Below, in pieces: positions 47,916 through 56,893 of a DNA stretch of 64,000 bases (position 1 is its first letter; each line of letters begins with the position of its first letter). This stretch comes from an uncultured Acidimicrobiales bacterium (GTDB lineage: Bacteria; Actinomycetota; Acidimicrobiia; Acidimicrobiales; UBA10347): assembly GCA_963925805.1 (NCBI GenBank), contig CAWUSE010000023.1, positions 65,098 to 129,097 of the forward strand, in the 5' to 3' direction. The position numbers were made by a program, and so were the translations under genes. The notes under the pieces are model-generated. The model did no database searches, was not told the DNA's origin, and worked only from the letters and a program-made list of their open reading frames with translations.

Positions 47916-48472
47916 GAGCTAAGCCGTTCGAAATTTGGATCCAAGATGAGGCCGTTACGAATTAATTTACGGCCCCGATGAAGCCGGCTCATGATGGTGC
48001 CGACGGGTACATCGAGGACAGCGGCTGCTTCGTTGTAGGAGAGACCGTCGATGTCGACGAGGTGAACAGCCTCACGGAACTGTGAGGGAATAGCAGCCAG
48101 TAAACGTTCGACGGCAACGTCAAATGTTTGGTCAAGAATGATTGATTCAGGCGTTTTGGCGTCGTTTTGGGTGTTGGTCACGGCAGCAAGAGTGGCGTCA
48201 GGATCACGCATAAGTTCGGGTCGCTTGCGGCGAACCCGATTGATTTGTGCGTTGCGCATGATGGTGAGCAACCAGGCTCTCGGGTATCGGCCATCGAACG
48301 TCTCGATCGAGCGGTATGCCCGTAGCAATGTGTCTTGGACGAGGTCGTCTGCATCGGTTGGATTTCCCGTGATGGACCGGGCGACTCGCATGAGGACATC
48401 AAGCTCCGGGATGACATAACGAGTAAACCCGCCTTGCCCCGGATTTGATTCCTGGCGGCGCGCCCTAGACAC
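47912..48472 (-). CDS. sigH: ECF sigma factor (SigH/SigR-like, inferred from its ZAS partner)
   Basis: Region 2 DADDLVQDTLLRAYR...YPRAWLLTIMRN, and region 4 GLSYNEAAAVLDVPVGTIMSRLHRGR. Confidence 0.8.
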   Translation of the reverse strand: MSRARRQESNPGQGGFTRYVIPELDVLMRVARSITGNPTDADDLVQDTLLRAYRSIETFDGRYPRAWLLTIMRNAQINRVRRKRPELMRDPDATLAAVTNTQNDAKTPESIILDQTFDVAVERLLAAIPSQFREAVHLVDIDGLSYNEAAAVLDVPVGTIMSRLHRGRKLIRNGLILDPNFERLSS

Positions 48473-48646
48473 TCGGCGAGACTAGCTGGCGGTCGCTCTG
48501 GAAGACTGTCAGAGGGTCAAGAAGGTCCCCCAAGATCTCTGAACTACCAAAAAGGTTGGAAATGCTTGACTTTGGTAACCCCACAGGCTCTTCTTATGTC
48601 GCTGTTCGAACCCCCCTGGCTCGAATAAATAGCCTAAGGAGTAACC

Positions 48647-48928
48647 ATGAATAAGTCTGAACTGGTTGAAGCCATTGCTGCCAAGACCGAGATGAGCAAG
48701 TCCGACATCGATTCTGCAATTGGCGGAATGTTCGAGGTCGTTGCCGAGCACGTCGCTCGTACCGACGACAAGATCACGATCCCCGGTTGGATCTCTTTCC
48801 AGCAGACCACTCGTGCACCTCGCACTGGTCGTAACCCTCGGACGGGCGAGACCATCCAGATTGCCGCTACTAAGGGCGTCAAGGTCTCCGCAGGTTCAAA
48901 GCTGAAGAACGCAGCCAAGGGCAAGTAA
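48647..48928 (+). CDS. hup: Nucleoid protein HU (short 93-aa form, no Lys/Ala tail)
   Basis: MNKSELVEAIA, and RTGRNPRTGETIQIAA (the DNA-binding arm). Confidence 0.93.
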   Translation: MNKSELVEAIAAKTEMSKSDIDSAIGGMFEVVAEHVARTDDKITIPGWISFQQTTRAPRTGRNPRTGETIQIAATKGVKVSAGSKLKNAAKGK

Positions 48929-48960
48929 GTCTCGTCTGAGACTTCGTAACCGAACAGCGG

Positions 48961-48998
48961 AAGGGTCTGGGTTCGCTCAGACCCTTTTGCTGTTTTGC
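48961..48998 (+). terminator. Rho-independent terminator of hup
   Basis: AAGGGTCTG, loop GGTTCGCT, CAGACCCTT, then TTGCTGTTTTG. Confidence 0.8.
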
Positions 48999-49048
48999 GG
49001 CAGAGATGTATCAATGGCTGACGTCACCGAACCACTAGATTCGGCACC

Positions 49049-49480
49049 ATGACGAATACGCTGCCAACCCCAACCGACGTGATCCCGCACCGGGATCCGT
49101 TTCTGTTTCTCGATGAGGTAACCGAGTTGGAGCCGGGCGTGTCGGCTAAGGGCTTCTGGATTCCCGGCGAGGACTTGCCATTCTTTGCCGGACATTTCCC
49201 GGGTCGTGCAACGTTGCCCGGAGTGCTCATGGCTGAGTCCATAGCGCAGCTTGGGGCATACGCCGTGTTGCATGGCGGGAGCTTTGCTGGCAAGATCCCG
49301 CTCTTCGGTGGGCTGGACAAGGCGAAGTTTCGACGTCAGGTGTTGCCCGGTGACCGCCTCGATCTTGAACTCACCGTGACCCGCATGTCGGCCCGAGCAG
49401 GCAAGGCCAGCGGCAGGGCATTAGTCAACGGCGACGTCGCGTGCAGCTGTGATCTGTTGTTTGTAGGCGTCGATATCTGA
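49049..49480 (+). CDS. fabZ: 3-hydroxyacyl-ACP dehydratase FabZ
   Basis: IPHRDPFLFLD, FFAGHFPG..TLPGVL..ESIAQ, and a hotdog fold of 143 aa. Confidence 0.88.
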   Translation: MTNTLPTPTDVIPHRDPFLFLDEVTELEPGVSAKGFWIPGEDLPFFAGHFPGRATLPGVLMAESIAQLGAYAVLHGGSFAGKIPLFGGLDKAKFRRQVLPGDRLDLELTVTRMSARAGKASGRALVNGDVACSCDLLFVGVDI

Positions 49481-49868
49481 TCCAGCGAAGCAGCGAGTGG
49501 CACTGTGCTGCGTGTCTACATCGTTTTTCACCGCTCATGCCAGAGGCATCCTCAACGAACTCCGAAGAATGTCTTGAGAGCCAAGGCCGTTTCGGTTGCC
49601 CGAGGAGACGAAGACAACATGGGTCGGTCCTGAGAGTCGGCCTGTTACGGCCCTGTATCATCGGCGGACCGGTGATCGCATAAGGTCGGTAACGCTGCGT
49701 CGTACAGGCCCTATAGGCCTGTTTAGTTAGCTGAAGGCACAAGAGCGCCGCCCGTCCTGGCTCACTGCGTTCCGGCAGCAGACCCAAAACGTAAAATAGC
49801 GCCTCGTGGATCGACCAATTAGCCTTTCGCCGTCGAGCCAGAGCGACGCGACGCTCTGATTACGCTAA

Positions 49869-51047
49869 TTAGAGCGGTGCTGGTCCGAAGATCAGGCTGG
49901 CGTTGTGGCCGCCAAAGCCAAATGAGTTTGAGATCGCCGGGCCTGGCGTCCATTCTTGGCCTTGGCCAACAACGAGATTGATCTGCGGAAGCTCTGAGTC
50001 GACCGATGTCGTGTTGGCAGTCGGAGGAATTATGCCTCTAACCATTGACTCGACGATAGACACAGCCTCGATTGCCCCAGCGGCGCCCAGTGAGTGCCCT
50101 GTGACGCCCTTGATGGACGTTACGAAGGGACCAGGTGTGCCGAACAGTTGAGCGCATGCTTGGGCCTCAGCGGCGTCGTTTAGTGGCGTAGACGTGCCGT
50201 GTGCATTGACATAGGTGATGGCGCTGGCATTGATTCCTGCATCATCGAGGGCTCGTTTCATACACTTGAGGGCACCAACGCCACCAGGTGATGGTGCCGT
50301 GATGTGGTGGGCATCGGCGGTCGTTGCGTAACCCAGGATCTCGGCCAGGATGGTGGCGCCGCGAGCCTTAGCACCTTCAAGCTCTTCGATGACCAGGACA
50401 CCAGCAGCTTCGGCGGCGATGAAACCGTCGCGATCCGCGTCGAAGGGGCGACTGAGCCCCGAACTCGACAGGGCGGTCATATTGGAAAAGCCTGCCAGAC
50501 CGACAACGGTTGTCGACGATTCGGTACCGCCGGTCACCATGGCATCACAGCGTCCCCAACGGATCATATTGAATGCATTACCGATGCTCTGATTGCTTGC
50601 TGCACACGCGGTAACAGTGGTCTCGCAAGGCCCCTCGAAGCCGTACTTCATCGAGATGTGCGCGGATGAGGCGTTGGCCATCATCATTGGGATCAAGAAC
50701 GGGCTAACCCGGCGAGAACCCTTCTCGTGTTGCACAAGCACTTGCTCTTCGAATGTGCGCATGCCGCCCACACCTGTCCCTACGAGCGAACCTATACGTT
50801 CGCGGTCATAAGGAAGATCCCCGGCCTCGGCCAGGGCTTCAGCCGCGGAGACCAGAGCAAATTGGGCATGGCGGTCAAGTCGACGGGCTTGTTTGCGGTC
50901 GAAATAGGGCGTCAAGTCGAATTCGGGCACATCGCGCGGGCGCTCGTCGGGAGCGGACGCGAGTAAACCATCGAAGAAGGCTTCGCGGCCGAGACCCGCC
51001 GTAGCGACTGCAGAAGCGCCCGTGATTACCACACGGCGCTGTGCCAT
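49869..51047 (-). CDS. fabF: 3-oxoacyl-ACP synthase II
   Basis: RRVVITG, active-site TACAAS, NAHGTSTP, GHSLGAAG, and NSFGFGGHN. Confidence 0.93.
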   Translation of the reverse strand: MAQRRVVITGASAVATAGLGREAFFDGLLASAPDERPRDVPEFDLTPYFDRKQARRLDRHAQFALVSAAEALAEAGDLPYDRERIGSLVGTGVGGMRTFEEQVLVQHEKGSRRVSPFLIPMMMANASSAHISMKYGFEGPCETTVTACAASNQSIGNAFNMIRWGRCDAMVTGGTESSTTVVGLAGFSNMTALSSSGLSRPFDADRDGFIAAEAAGVLVIEELEGAKARGATILAEILGYATTADAHHITAPSPGGVGALKCMKRALDDAGINASAITYVNAHGTSTPLNDAAEAQACAQLFGTPGPFVTSIKGVTGHSLGAAGAIEAVSIVESMVRGIIPPTANTTSVDSELPQINLVVGQGQEWTPGPAISNSFGFGGHNASLIFGPAPL

Positions 51048-51286
51048 TAGAGCTTGCCGGTAATGAGTTCGTAGGCCTTACCGACGGTGTCGATGCCCTC
51101 CAGTTCTTCCTCGTCGACGGCAACGTCGAACTCTTCTTCGAGTGCCATGACGAGTTCTACGAGATCGAGGCTGTCCGCATCGAGGTCGTCAGCGAAGCTG
51201 GCCTCTTTGGTGATCTTGTCATCTTCGACGGCGAGTACCTCGACAGCACACTTCTTGAAACGCTCAAACATTGCTTCGTCGCTCAT
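51047..51286 (-). CDS. acpP: Acyl carrier protein
   Basis: The phosphopantetheine site [19 protein letters not shown], in a 79-aa protein. Confidence 0.93.
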   Translation of the reverse strand: MSDEAMFERFKKCAVEVLAVEDDKITKEASFADDLDADSLDLVELVMALEEEFDVAVDEEELEGIDTVGKAYELITGKL

Positions 51287-51320
51287 GATTTCTCTCTTTC
51301 GGGTTCTTTTTAGTGGGGAG

Positions 51321-52049
51321 TTAGCCCATGCTCAGACCGCCATCGACTGGCAGGACTACGCCGGTGATGAAACCGGCGTCCTCGCTAGCGAGGAAAGTCA
51401 CAGCCGCTGCGATTTCACCGGGTTGTCCGATGCGTCCGAGCGGTACCAGATCGAGGATCTGAGCGTGTTGGTCTTCGGTTAGCGCCGCGAGCATATCGGT
51501 GTCGATCGGCCCGGGTGCGACGATGTTTACAGTCACGTTACGTGATGCGAATTCCTTGGCAAGGGAACGCCCCAAGCCCACGAGTCCAGCTTTGGACGCT
51601 GCGTAGTTGGCTTGGCCTGCTTGGCCGCCCTGGCCAACGACCGATGAGATGAAGATGATGCGTCCCCAACGGGCGCGCATCATGTTTCTGATCGCCCGTT
51701 TCGAGGCTCGGTAGGTGCCGGTCAGATTGGTCTCGATGACCGATGTGAAGTCGTCGTCAGACATGCGCAAGACCAGACTGTCACGAGTGATACCTGCGTT
51801 GGCTACCAGGATCTCGACGTTTCCTAGCTGCTCTTCGACGGTGCAGAAGGCTGCGTCGAGCTGCTCGATGTCGGTGACGTCGGCCTGCACGGCTAATAGC
51901 CCTAGCTGGTGCGCCTCGATCGGGGGAGTGGAGTTGTAAGTAACGGCGACGCGATGGCCAGCGGCGGCCAGCTTGACTGCGATTGCAAGTCCAATGCCCC
52001 GGGACCCGCCGGTCACCAGTGCTACTCGTGAGGGAGAAGAGTCGCTCAT
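51321..52049 (-). CDS. fabG: 3-oxoacyl-ACP reductase
   Basis: ATG 52049 opens [20 protein letters not shown]. Also NAG, YAASKAG, and PGPIDTDM. The listed 467-aa ORF is an upstream read-through over fabH in another frame. Confidence 0.92.
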   Translation of the reverse strand: MSDSSPSRVALVTGGSRGIGLAIAVKLAAAGHRVAVTYNSTPPIEAHQLGLLAVQADVTDIEQLDAAFCTVEEQLGNVEILVANAGITRDSLVLRMSDDDFTSVIETNLTGTYRASKRAIRNMMRARWGRIIFISSVVGQGGQAGQANYAASKAGLVGLGRSLAKEFASRNVTVNIVAPGPIDTDMLAALTEDQHAQILDLVPLGRIGQPGEIAAAVTFLASEDAGFITGVVLPVDGGLSMG

Positions 52050-53005
52050 GGTCCCCACCGTAGAACAGCGGAGGCCGAACTCATACCAGCGCCGAAGCCG
52101 GTCAACAGCACGAGTTGACCTGCCTCGATCCGTCCGGCGGCTTCGGCTTCGACAAAAGCGAGCGGAATCGAGGCTGACGACGTGTTGCCGGTGTGGTCCA
52201 GACACACCGCGACTTTGTCCATTGGGATGTGCAATCGCTTGCAAGCCGCCTGGATGATGCGGATGTTGGCTTGGTGCGGCACAACAAGAGAAATGTCGTC
52301 GATTGTCACACCCGCCTTGGCCATGGCGTCGTTGCTGGTGTTGACCATCACCATGACCGCCTTGCGAAACACTTCCCGACCGTTCATGGTCAGGTTGCCG
52401 CCATCGTGTTCGGCGTACAGCAGCTGTTCGAGTGAACCATCTGAGCCGAGCGACGTAGCCAGAATGTTTCCGGCACCGTGTGTTGCTGATAGGACCATTG
52501 ACCCGGACCCGTCGGCAAACAGGATGGCAGTGCCTCGGTCGCTCCAGTCGGTGATGTTGCTGAGGGTGTCGGTTCCGATAACGAGTACGTGCTCTGCGCC
52601 GGTAGCGATCAGACCGTCGGCGATGGCAAGCCCGTAGACAAAGCCAGAACATGCCGCCTGCACATCGAATGCCCCGCCGGTGATGCCAAGAGCGTCTTGG
52701 ACCGTAGAAGCCGTTGCCGGACATTGCTTATCGGGCGTCGTTGTGGCGAGGACCACCATGTTGATGTCAGCGCCAGTCAGGCCTGCACGTTCGATTGCCG
52801 CTTGGCCCGACTCGACAGAAAGGCTGTGTGTCGTGCCGCCGATATGGCGGCTATGAATACCAGTGCGCTCGACGATCCAGTCATGGGTCGTATCGAGTGT
52901 CTCTGCGAGATCGTAATTGGTGACGATCTTGTCGGGCAGGGCGCTGGCCCAGCCGGTGACACGAGAACCGCGTTCGCGGCCGTTGGTCACGACGACCGCA
53001 ACCAA
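52046..53005 (-). CDS. fabH: 3-oxoacyl-ACP synthase III
   Basis: ITGWASALPDKIVTNYDL, active-site AACSGFVY, VPHQAN, and GNTSSASIP. An ATGA overlap couples it to fabG. The start is uncertain by a few codons. Confidence 0.92.
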   Translation of the reverse strand: MVAVVVTNGRERGSRVTGWASALPDKIVTNYDLAETLDTTHDWIVERTGIHSRHIGGTTHSLSVESGQAAIERAGLTGADINMVVLATTTPDKQCPATASTVQDALGITGGAFDVQAACSGFVYGLAIADGLIATGAEHVLVIGTDTLSNITDWSDRGTAILFADGSGSMVLSATHGAGNILATSLGSDGSLEQLLYAEHDGGNLTMNGREVFRKAVMVMVNTSNDAMAKAGVTIDDISLVVPHQANIRIIQAACKRLHIPMDKVAVCLDHTGNTSSASIPLAFVEAEAAGRIEAGQLVLLTGFGAGMSSASAVLRWGP

Positions 53006-54153
53006 GCAATCGGTTGTGCAAGCTGGACCCGTTCACCCGAGAGAGCAAGAAATTCGATCAGCTGGCCAGCAAAAGCCGAAAGAACCTCGGAGTTGCCAAC
53101 CGTGCCGATCACAGAGCCGGTCTGCAACATGGCGCCAGCCCCGATATCGGTCTCGGGTATGAACACCCCAGCCGTCGGGCTCACAATCAGCCGTTCGGTT
53201 ACATAAAGATGCTCGCCTTCGGCCGGTTCGCTGGTGTCGCGACCGCCAAGGGCTTCGAGGAGCGCGTCGAGGTCGCCTGGAGCCGTCACGTTTAATCGTT
53301 CGCTGGAACGCTCTATGCGCTTGACCATGCTGCTCAAGGTGGTACCCGGGCCGATTTCAACAAACGTAGAGTATCCAGCATCAACCATGGCGGCCAGCGT
53401 GCGACTCCAACGCACAGAACCTGTTAGTTGGTCATGGAGTAACTGTTGCCACGGATCTGCGGTTGTATGAGCTTCGCCGTCAACGTTTGCGTACACGGGG
53501 TGATCTGGATCTCGGAAGTCGATCTGGGCGATTGCTTTGTCCAGGCGCTCTTGTGCGGGTGACATATGAGGCGTATGAAAAGCGCCGCCGACAGTCAAGG
53601 GCATAACGCGTTTGGCGCCGGCCTCTTTGCAAGCACTGCCGCCTGCCTCGACCCCCGCTGGCCCGCCAGCGATTACAACTTGGCCTGGCGTGTTGTAGTT
53701 GGCTACCCAGCAGTCATCGACAGATGCGACAGCGGCTTCAACGGCGTCATCTTCCATACCAATGATGGCCGCCATCGTGCCGTCGTGTTCGTCGGCTGCG
53801 GCCTGCATGGCTTCGCCTCGTTCGGCAACAAGTCGGACCGCGTCGTAAAAATCGATCACGCCAGAAGCGGCCAATGCCGTGTACTCGCCCAAGCTGTGGC
53901 CAGCATGGCCGCTTGTCTCTACCCCTAACCGGTTCACTGCGTCGAAGGCGACCATGGAGGTGACAAATGTGGCGAGCTGCGAGTTACGAGTTTCGCGTAG
54001 TTCTTCGTCGCCTGACTCGAGCAACAGATGGCCGACATCGCGCCCTGCCGCATCGCTGGCTTCGACGACAAGTTCCCAGGAATCGTGCTGACGCCACGCC
54101 GCCCCCATGCCGGCGTGTTGTGAGCCTTGGCCCGGATAGAGAAAGGCAATCAT
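52987..54153 (-). CDS. fabD: Malonyl-CoA:ACP transacylase with an extra C-terminal domain of about 80 aa (biotinyl/lipoyl-like)
   Basis: FLYPGQGSQ, GHSLGEYTA, and GAFHTP define FabD (about 300 aa). The tail reads ...IVSPTAGVFIPE...GAMLQTGSVIGTVGNSEVLSAFAGQLIEFLALSGERVQLAQPIAWL. Confidence 0.9.
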   Translation of the reverse strand: MIAFLYPGQGSQHAGMGAAWRQHDSWELVVEASDAAGRDVGHLLLESGDEELRETRNSQLATFVTSMVAFDAVNRLGVETSGHAGHSLGEYTALAASGVIDFYDAVRLVAERGEAMQAAADEHDGTMAAIIGMEDDAVEAAVASVDDCWVANYNTPGQVVIAGGPAGVEAGGSACKEAGAKRVMPLTVGGAFHTPHMSPAQERLDKAIAQIDFRDPDHPVYANVDGEAHTTADPWQQLLHDQLTGSVRWSRTLAAMVDAGYSTFVEIGPGTTLSSMVKRIERSSERLNVTAPGDLDALLEALGGRDTSEPAEGEHLYVTERLIVSPTAGVFIPETDIGAGAMLQTGSVIGTVGNSEVLSAFAGQLIEFLALSGERVQLAQPIAWLRSS

Positions 54154-54328
54154 GAATGTCGTTCCACCTGCTGATGTAGTTGAAGGTTCGCTCTTCGGAC
54201 CAGAGCGACTGCCCTATGGTTTCACGTTTCTTACCCCAGATGCTGCTAACCCGAGACAAGATATCGCGCTCGACGAAAAGCCGACTCATATTGGCATTCG
54301 CCGCGCTACGCTCTGCTGACCCAATCAT

Positions 54329-54411
54329 GCCCGGATGGCGGAATTGGCAGACGCGTCGGATTCAAAATCCGATGTCCATTGGACGTGCGGGTTCAAGTCC
54401 CGCTCCGGGTA
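54329..54411 (+). tRNA. tRNA-Leu (anticodon CAA), class II long variable arm, CCA not encoded
   Basis: Acceptor GCCCGGA/TCCGGGT (G1-U72), anticodon stem TCGGA/TCCGA with loop TTCAAAA, variable arm GTCC-ATT-GGAC, and T arm GCGGG-TTCAAGT-CCCGC. Confidence 0.92.
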
Positions 54412-54439
54412 CTCATTTTCCCATCGACTGCGGCTGTTC

Positions 54440-54467
54440 TTGACAGTTACCAGTTTCTTAGTAATTG
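54440..54467 (+). promoter_or_regulatory. Possible sigma-70-type promoter
   Basis: TTGACA, 16 nt, then TAATTG. The -10 is imperfect. It lies about 210 nt upstream of the coiled-coil/pdtaR pair. Confidence 0.25.
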
Positions 54468-54679
54468 TGTCCGTGGCTGAAGATTTCCGGTGCACAGTAA
54501 CTGGGTTGGCCGCCGACGAGCCAAGGGTTGTCCGCTTGACGCATCATGGCTGGATTGATCCACGGACGTCGTTCATGCGCCGGATCCAACCTGTTGCCAG
54601 TTCTGATAGCCGGAGAACCGGCTTCCCACGGCAACAGCTGTACCCAGGCCAGGTCGGAGCAGGGAGTACACTAAATGCA

Positions 54680-54967
54680 ATGGTGCGGTCACGGATTGAA
54701 CGACAGTTGGCCGACGTCGGTAAGCAGCTGAAAGCGTTGCGCTCTGATTTGGGAGTTGCTGAGCAGGCGCTTATGCAGGTCGACTACGAGGCCGACGATG
54801 CGCGTTTACGCTCGTTGGTGTCCGAGACCCCGCTAGCGCAGAAAGAACACGAAGAGGCACGGCGACAGGTAGACGTCAATCGGCGCAACCGCGACCAACT
54901 CCACGCCGAGGTTGTCCGACTCGAAGTCCGGCAGGACGAACTGCTTGATGCCTTCAACGAGCGATGA
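54680..54967 (+). CDS. Small coiled-coil protein (95 aa) translationally coupled to pdtaR
   Basis: ATG 54680 lies 14 nt after AGGGAG. Heptad-like RIERQLADVGKQLKALRSDLGVAEQAL...HAEVVRLEVRQDELLDAF. An ATGA overlap couples it to pdtaR. The 5' part of the listed ORF overlaps the tRNA and is not credited. Confidence 0.6.
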   Translation: MVRSRIERQLADVGKQLKALRSDLGVAEQALMQVDYEADDARLRSLVSETPLAQKEHEEARRQVDVNRRNRDQLHAEVVRLEVRQDELLDAFNER

Positions 54968-55578
54968 CAGACGTAGATAGCGCAACCGAGATAGCTGTTC
55001 GGCAGGGCATCCGAGTGTTCGTGGCCGAAGATGAAGCCATCATCCGACTCGACATCGTCGAAACTCTTACGGTGATGGGCTTCGATGTTGTCGGGCAAGC
55101 CGCACGTGGCGACGCCGCCGAAATAGAGATTCGCGAACTTGTCCCCGATGTCGCGATTCTGGACATCCAAATGCCGGGTAAGACCGGTATCGATGTGGCG
55201 AAAGCGCTCACCGATGATCTTGTGTGCGCGGTAGTGATTTTGAGTGCCTTCAGCCAGAGCGGCCTCGTCAGTGAAGCCATTGAAGCTGGTGTTCAGGCCT
55301 ATCTAGTCAAGCCATTTCAGCGCAATGAAATAGCGGTGCAAATCGAAGTTGCCCAAGCCCGTTATGAACAGATGAAAGACCTTTCGGCCGAGGTCACTGC
55401 GTTGAATCAGCGGCTGGCGGACCGGGTGCTACTCGACCGGGCAAAGGGCGTGCTAATCGATGAGCACGGCCTTGGCGAGGCTGAAGCTATGCGGTTTGTG
55501 CAAAAGCGAGCCATGGACGAGCGGCGGCCAGTCCGAGATGTTGCCGCCGAGATCCTCAACGGTTCGGTCGCTCCGTAG
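54964..55578 (+). CDS. pdtaR: Response regulator with an ANTAR RNA-binding output domain (PdtaR type)
   Basis: Receiver domain (VFVAEDEAIIRLD, DVAILDIQMPG, KP), plus ANTAR LADRVLLDRAKGVLIDEHGLGEAEAMRFVQKRAMDERRPVRDVA. Confidence 0.88.
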   Translation: MTDVDSATEIAVRQGIRVFVAEDEAIIRLDIVETLTVMGFDVVGQAARGDAAEIEIRELVPDVAILDIQMPGKTGIDVAKALTDDLVCAVVILSAFSQSGLVSEAIEAGVQAYLVKPFQRNEIAVQIEVAQARYEQMKDLSAEVTALNQRLADRVLLDRAKGVLIDEHGLGEAEAMRFVQKRAMDERRPVRDVAAEILNGSVAP

Positions 55579-55606
55579 GCCTCAGCGCCAGGAAACCACA
55601 GACACT

Positions 55607-56803
55607 GTGCAAACACCGAGCCTCGAACGCAACCTTAAACTGATCCCGCTCCACCAGGCGTTGTCTTCATCAATGGTCTATCTGCCAGTGTTCGTGCTGT
55701 TCACGCGGGACAATTTTGGTGTATCAGGTGCGCTCCAGATCGCGTCACTGACCTACTTGTTCATCGTCGTGCTTGAGGTTCCGTCCGGTTGGATGAGCGA
55801 CTTGTTCGGTCGCGTCCCCACTCTTTCGGTCGCTGCAACCGGATTCGTCATTGGCCAAGCATGTTTCCTCTTCGGCGGTACTGAATTTGGCATTATTGTT
55901 CTGGGTCAGTTCTTTGTCAGTGCTGGCTATGCCTTTATCTCCGGTACCGATGTTTCTTTCCACTTTGACTCGCTCGAAGGACTCGGGCGAGATGGCGAGT
56001 ATCTGCACCGCCAAGCGCGTATTTCATCGCTGAGCTATTTGGTGCGAACCGTCAGCGCTCTTGTCGGTGGGGTGCTGGGCCTTATTGACTTGCGGCTTAC
56101 CTTCGCTGTATCGCTGGTGATAGCGCTGGGCCAACTCGCTGTCACTCGACTGCTCTACGAGCCGGGGGAGAGCGAGGTGAAGGCCGAGCGGTTCGTGAAC
56201 CAGATTGGAAAATGTCTGGGGTACTTGCGGCACGGTTTCATGGCATGGCTGTTCTTCTACGGCATTGCGCTTGTTGTCCTCGAACATGTCGCGTTCACCC
56301 TGATGCAGCCATGGCTGACACAAGCGCTCGGCAAGTCGCCTGATGAACTTGGCGCGACGCCCCTCGTGTCGGGTGGACTTTTTGCTGTCACGGCATTTGT
56401 CGGCGCGTTAGCGGCGCGCTCCAGCGCCCCAGCCGGGGAACGCTTTGGCACAGTCCGAACGTTGATTGGTCTAGGCCTGGTCTCGGCCGTGATCGTGACC
56501 GGGATGGCGCTGTCGTTTTCGATTCTGATCCTGGGTCTGATGGTGTTCCGCAGCGTGCAAGGGGCAGCGGCCCCCGTGCTGATATCGGCCTCGGTCGCGC
56601 CGCGGACCGAACAACAACATCGAGCGACGCTACTCAGTATCAACTCGCTGGCTGGTCGATTGTTCTACGGCGGGCTGCTGCAGGTGCTTGCTATCAACGT
56701 TGAGGACGACCCGCGGCCATTTCTGCAAGCAACATCGGTCATCTCCTGGATCCTGGTGGCGTTGCTGCTTGCGACCGGCACTTGGGCCGCAGGCCGCGAA
56801 TAG
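55607..56803 (+). CDS. MFS-type transporter (about 12 TM helices). The start is uncertain.
   Basis: Hydrophobic throughout, with the MFS loop motif GWMSDLFGR. GTG 55607 is chosen as the first start after the pdtaR stop. Confidence 0.7.
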   Translation: MQTPSLERNLKLIPLHQALSSSMVYLPVFVLFTRDNFGVSGALQIASLTYLFIVVLEVPSGWMSDLFGRVPTLSVAATGFVIGQACFLFGGTEFGIIVLGQFFVSAGYAFISGTDVSFHFDSLEGLGRDGEYLHRQARISSLSYLVRTVSALVGGVLGLIDLRLTFAVSLVIALGQLAVTRLLYEPGESEVKAERFVNQIGKCLGYLRHGFMAWLFFYGIALVVLEHVAFTLMQPWLTQALGKSPDELGATPLVSGGLFAVTAFVGALAARSSAPAGERFGTVRTLIGLGLVSAVIVTGMALSFSILILGLMVFRSVQGAAAPVLISASVAPRTEQQHRATLLSINSLAGRLFYGGLLQVLAINVEDDPRPFLQATSVISWILVALLLATGTWAAGRE

Positions 56804-56893
56804 GCAGCGATACGAGACCAGTCATCGGTACCCGGCACCAGTGCATATAGCAGCGGCACCCGCACACCTCGATCGCGAGATAGGTTCGCGGAC

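Noticed and set aside
48473-48646. A SigH/SigR-type autoregulatory promoter (GGAAT-N18-GTT) upstream of the sigma gene, and a sigma-70 promoter for hup (TTGACT at about 48567).
   Set aside because: The best minus-strand match is GGGGAC-N17-GTC, which is not the consensus. The TTGACT has no acceptable -10 at 16-19 nt spacing.
52050-52724. The upstream 225 codons of the listed 467-aa ORF that ends as fabG.
   Set aside because: This part overlaps fabH in another frame and is Arg/His/Cys-rich junk. A clean FabG begins at ATG 52049, with an ATGA overlap to the fabH stop.
54335-54679. The 5' 115 codons of the listed 210-aa ORF.
   Set aside because: This part starts inside the tRNA-Leu gene and encodes low-complexity sequence. 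A good ATG with an AGGGAG ribosome-binding site at 54680 gives the coiled-coil protein.
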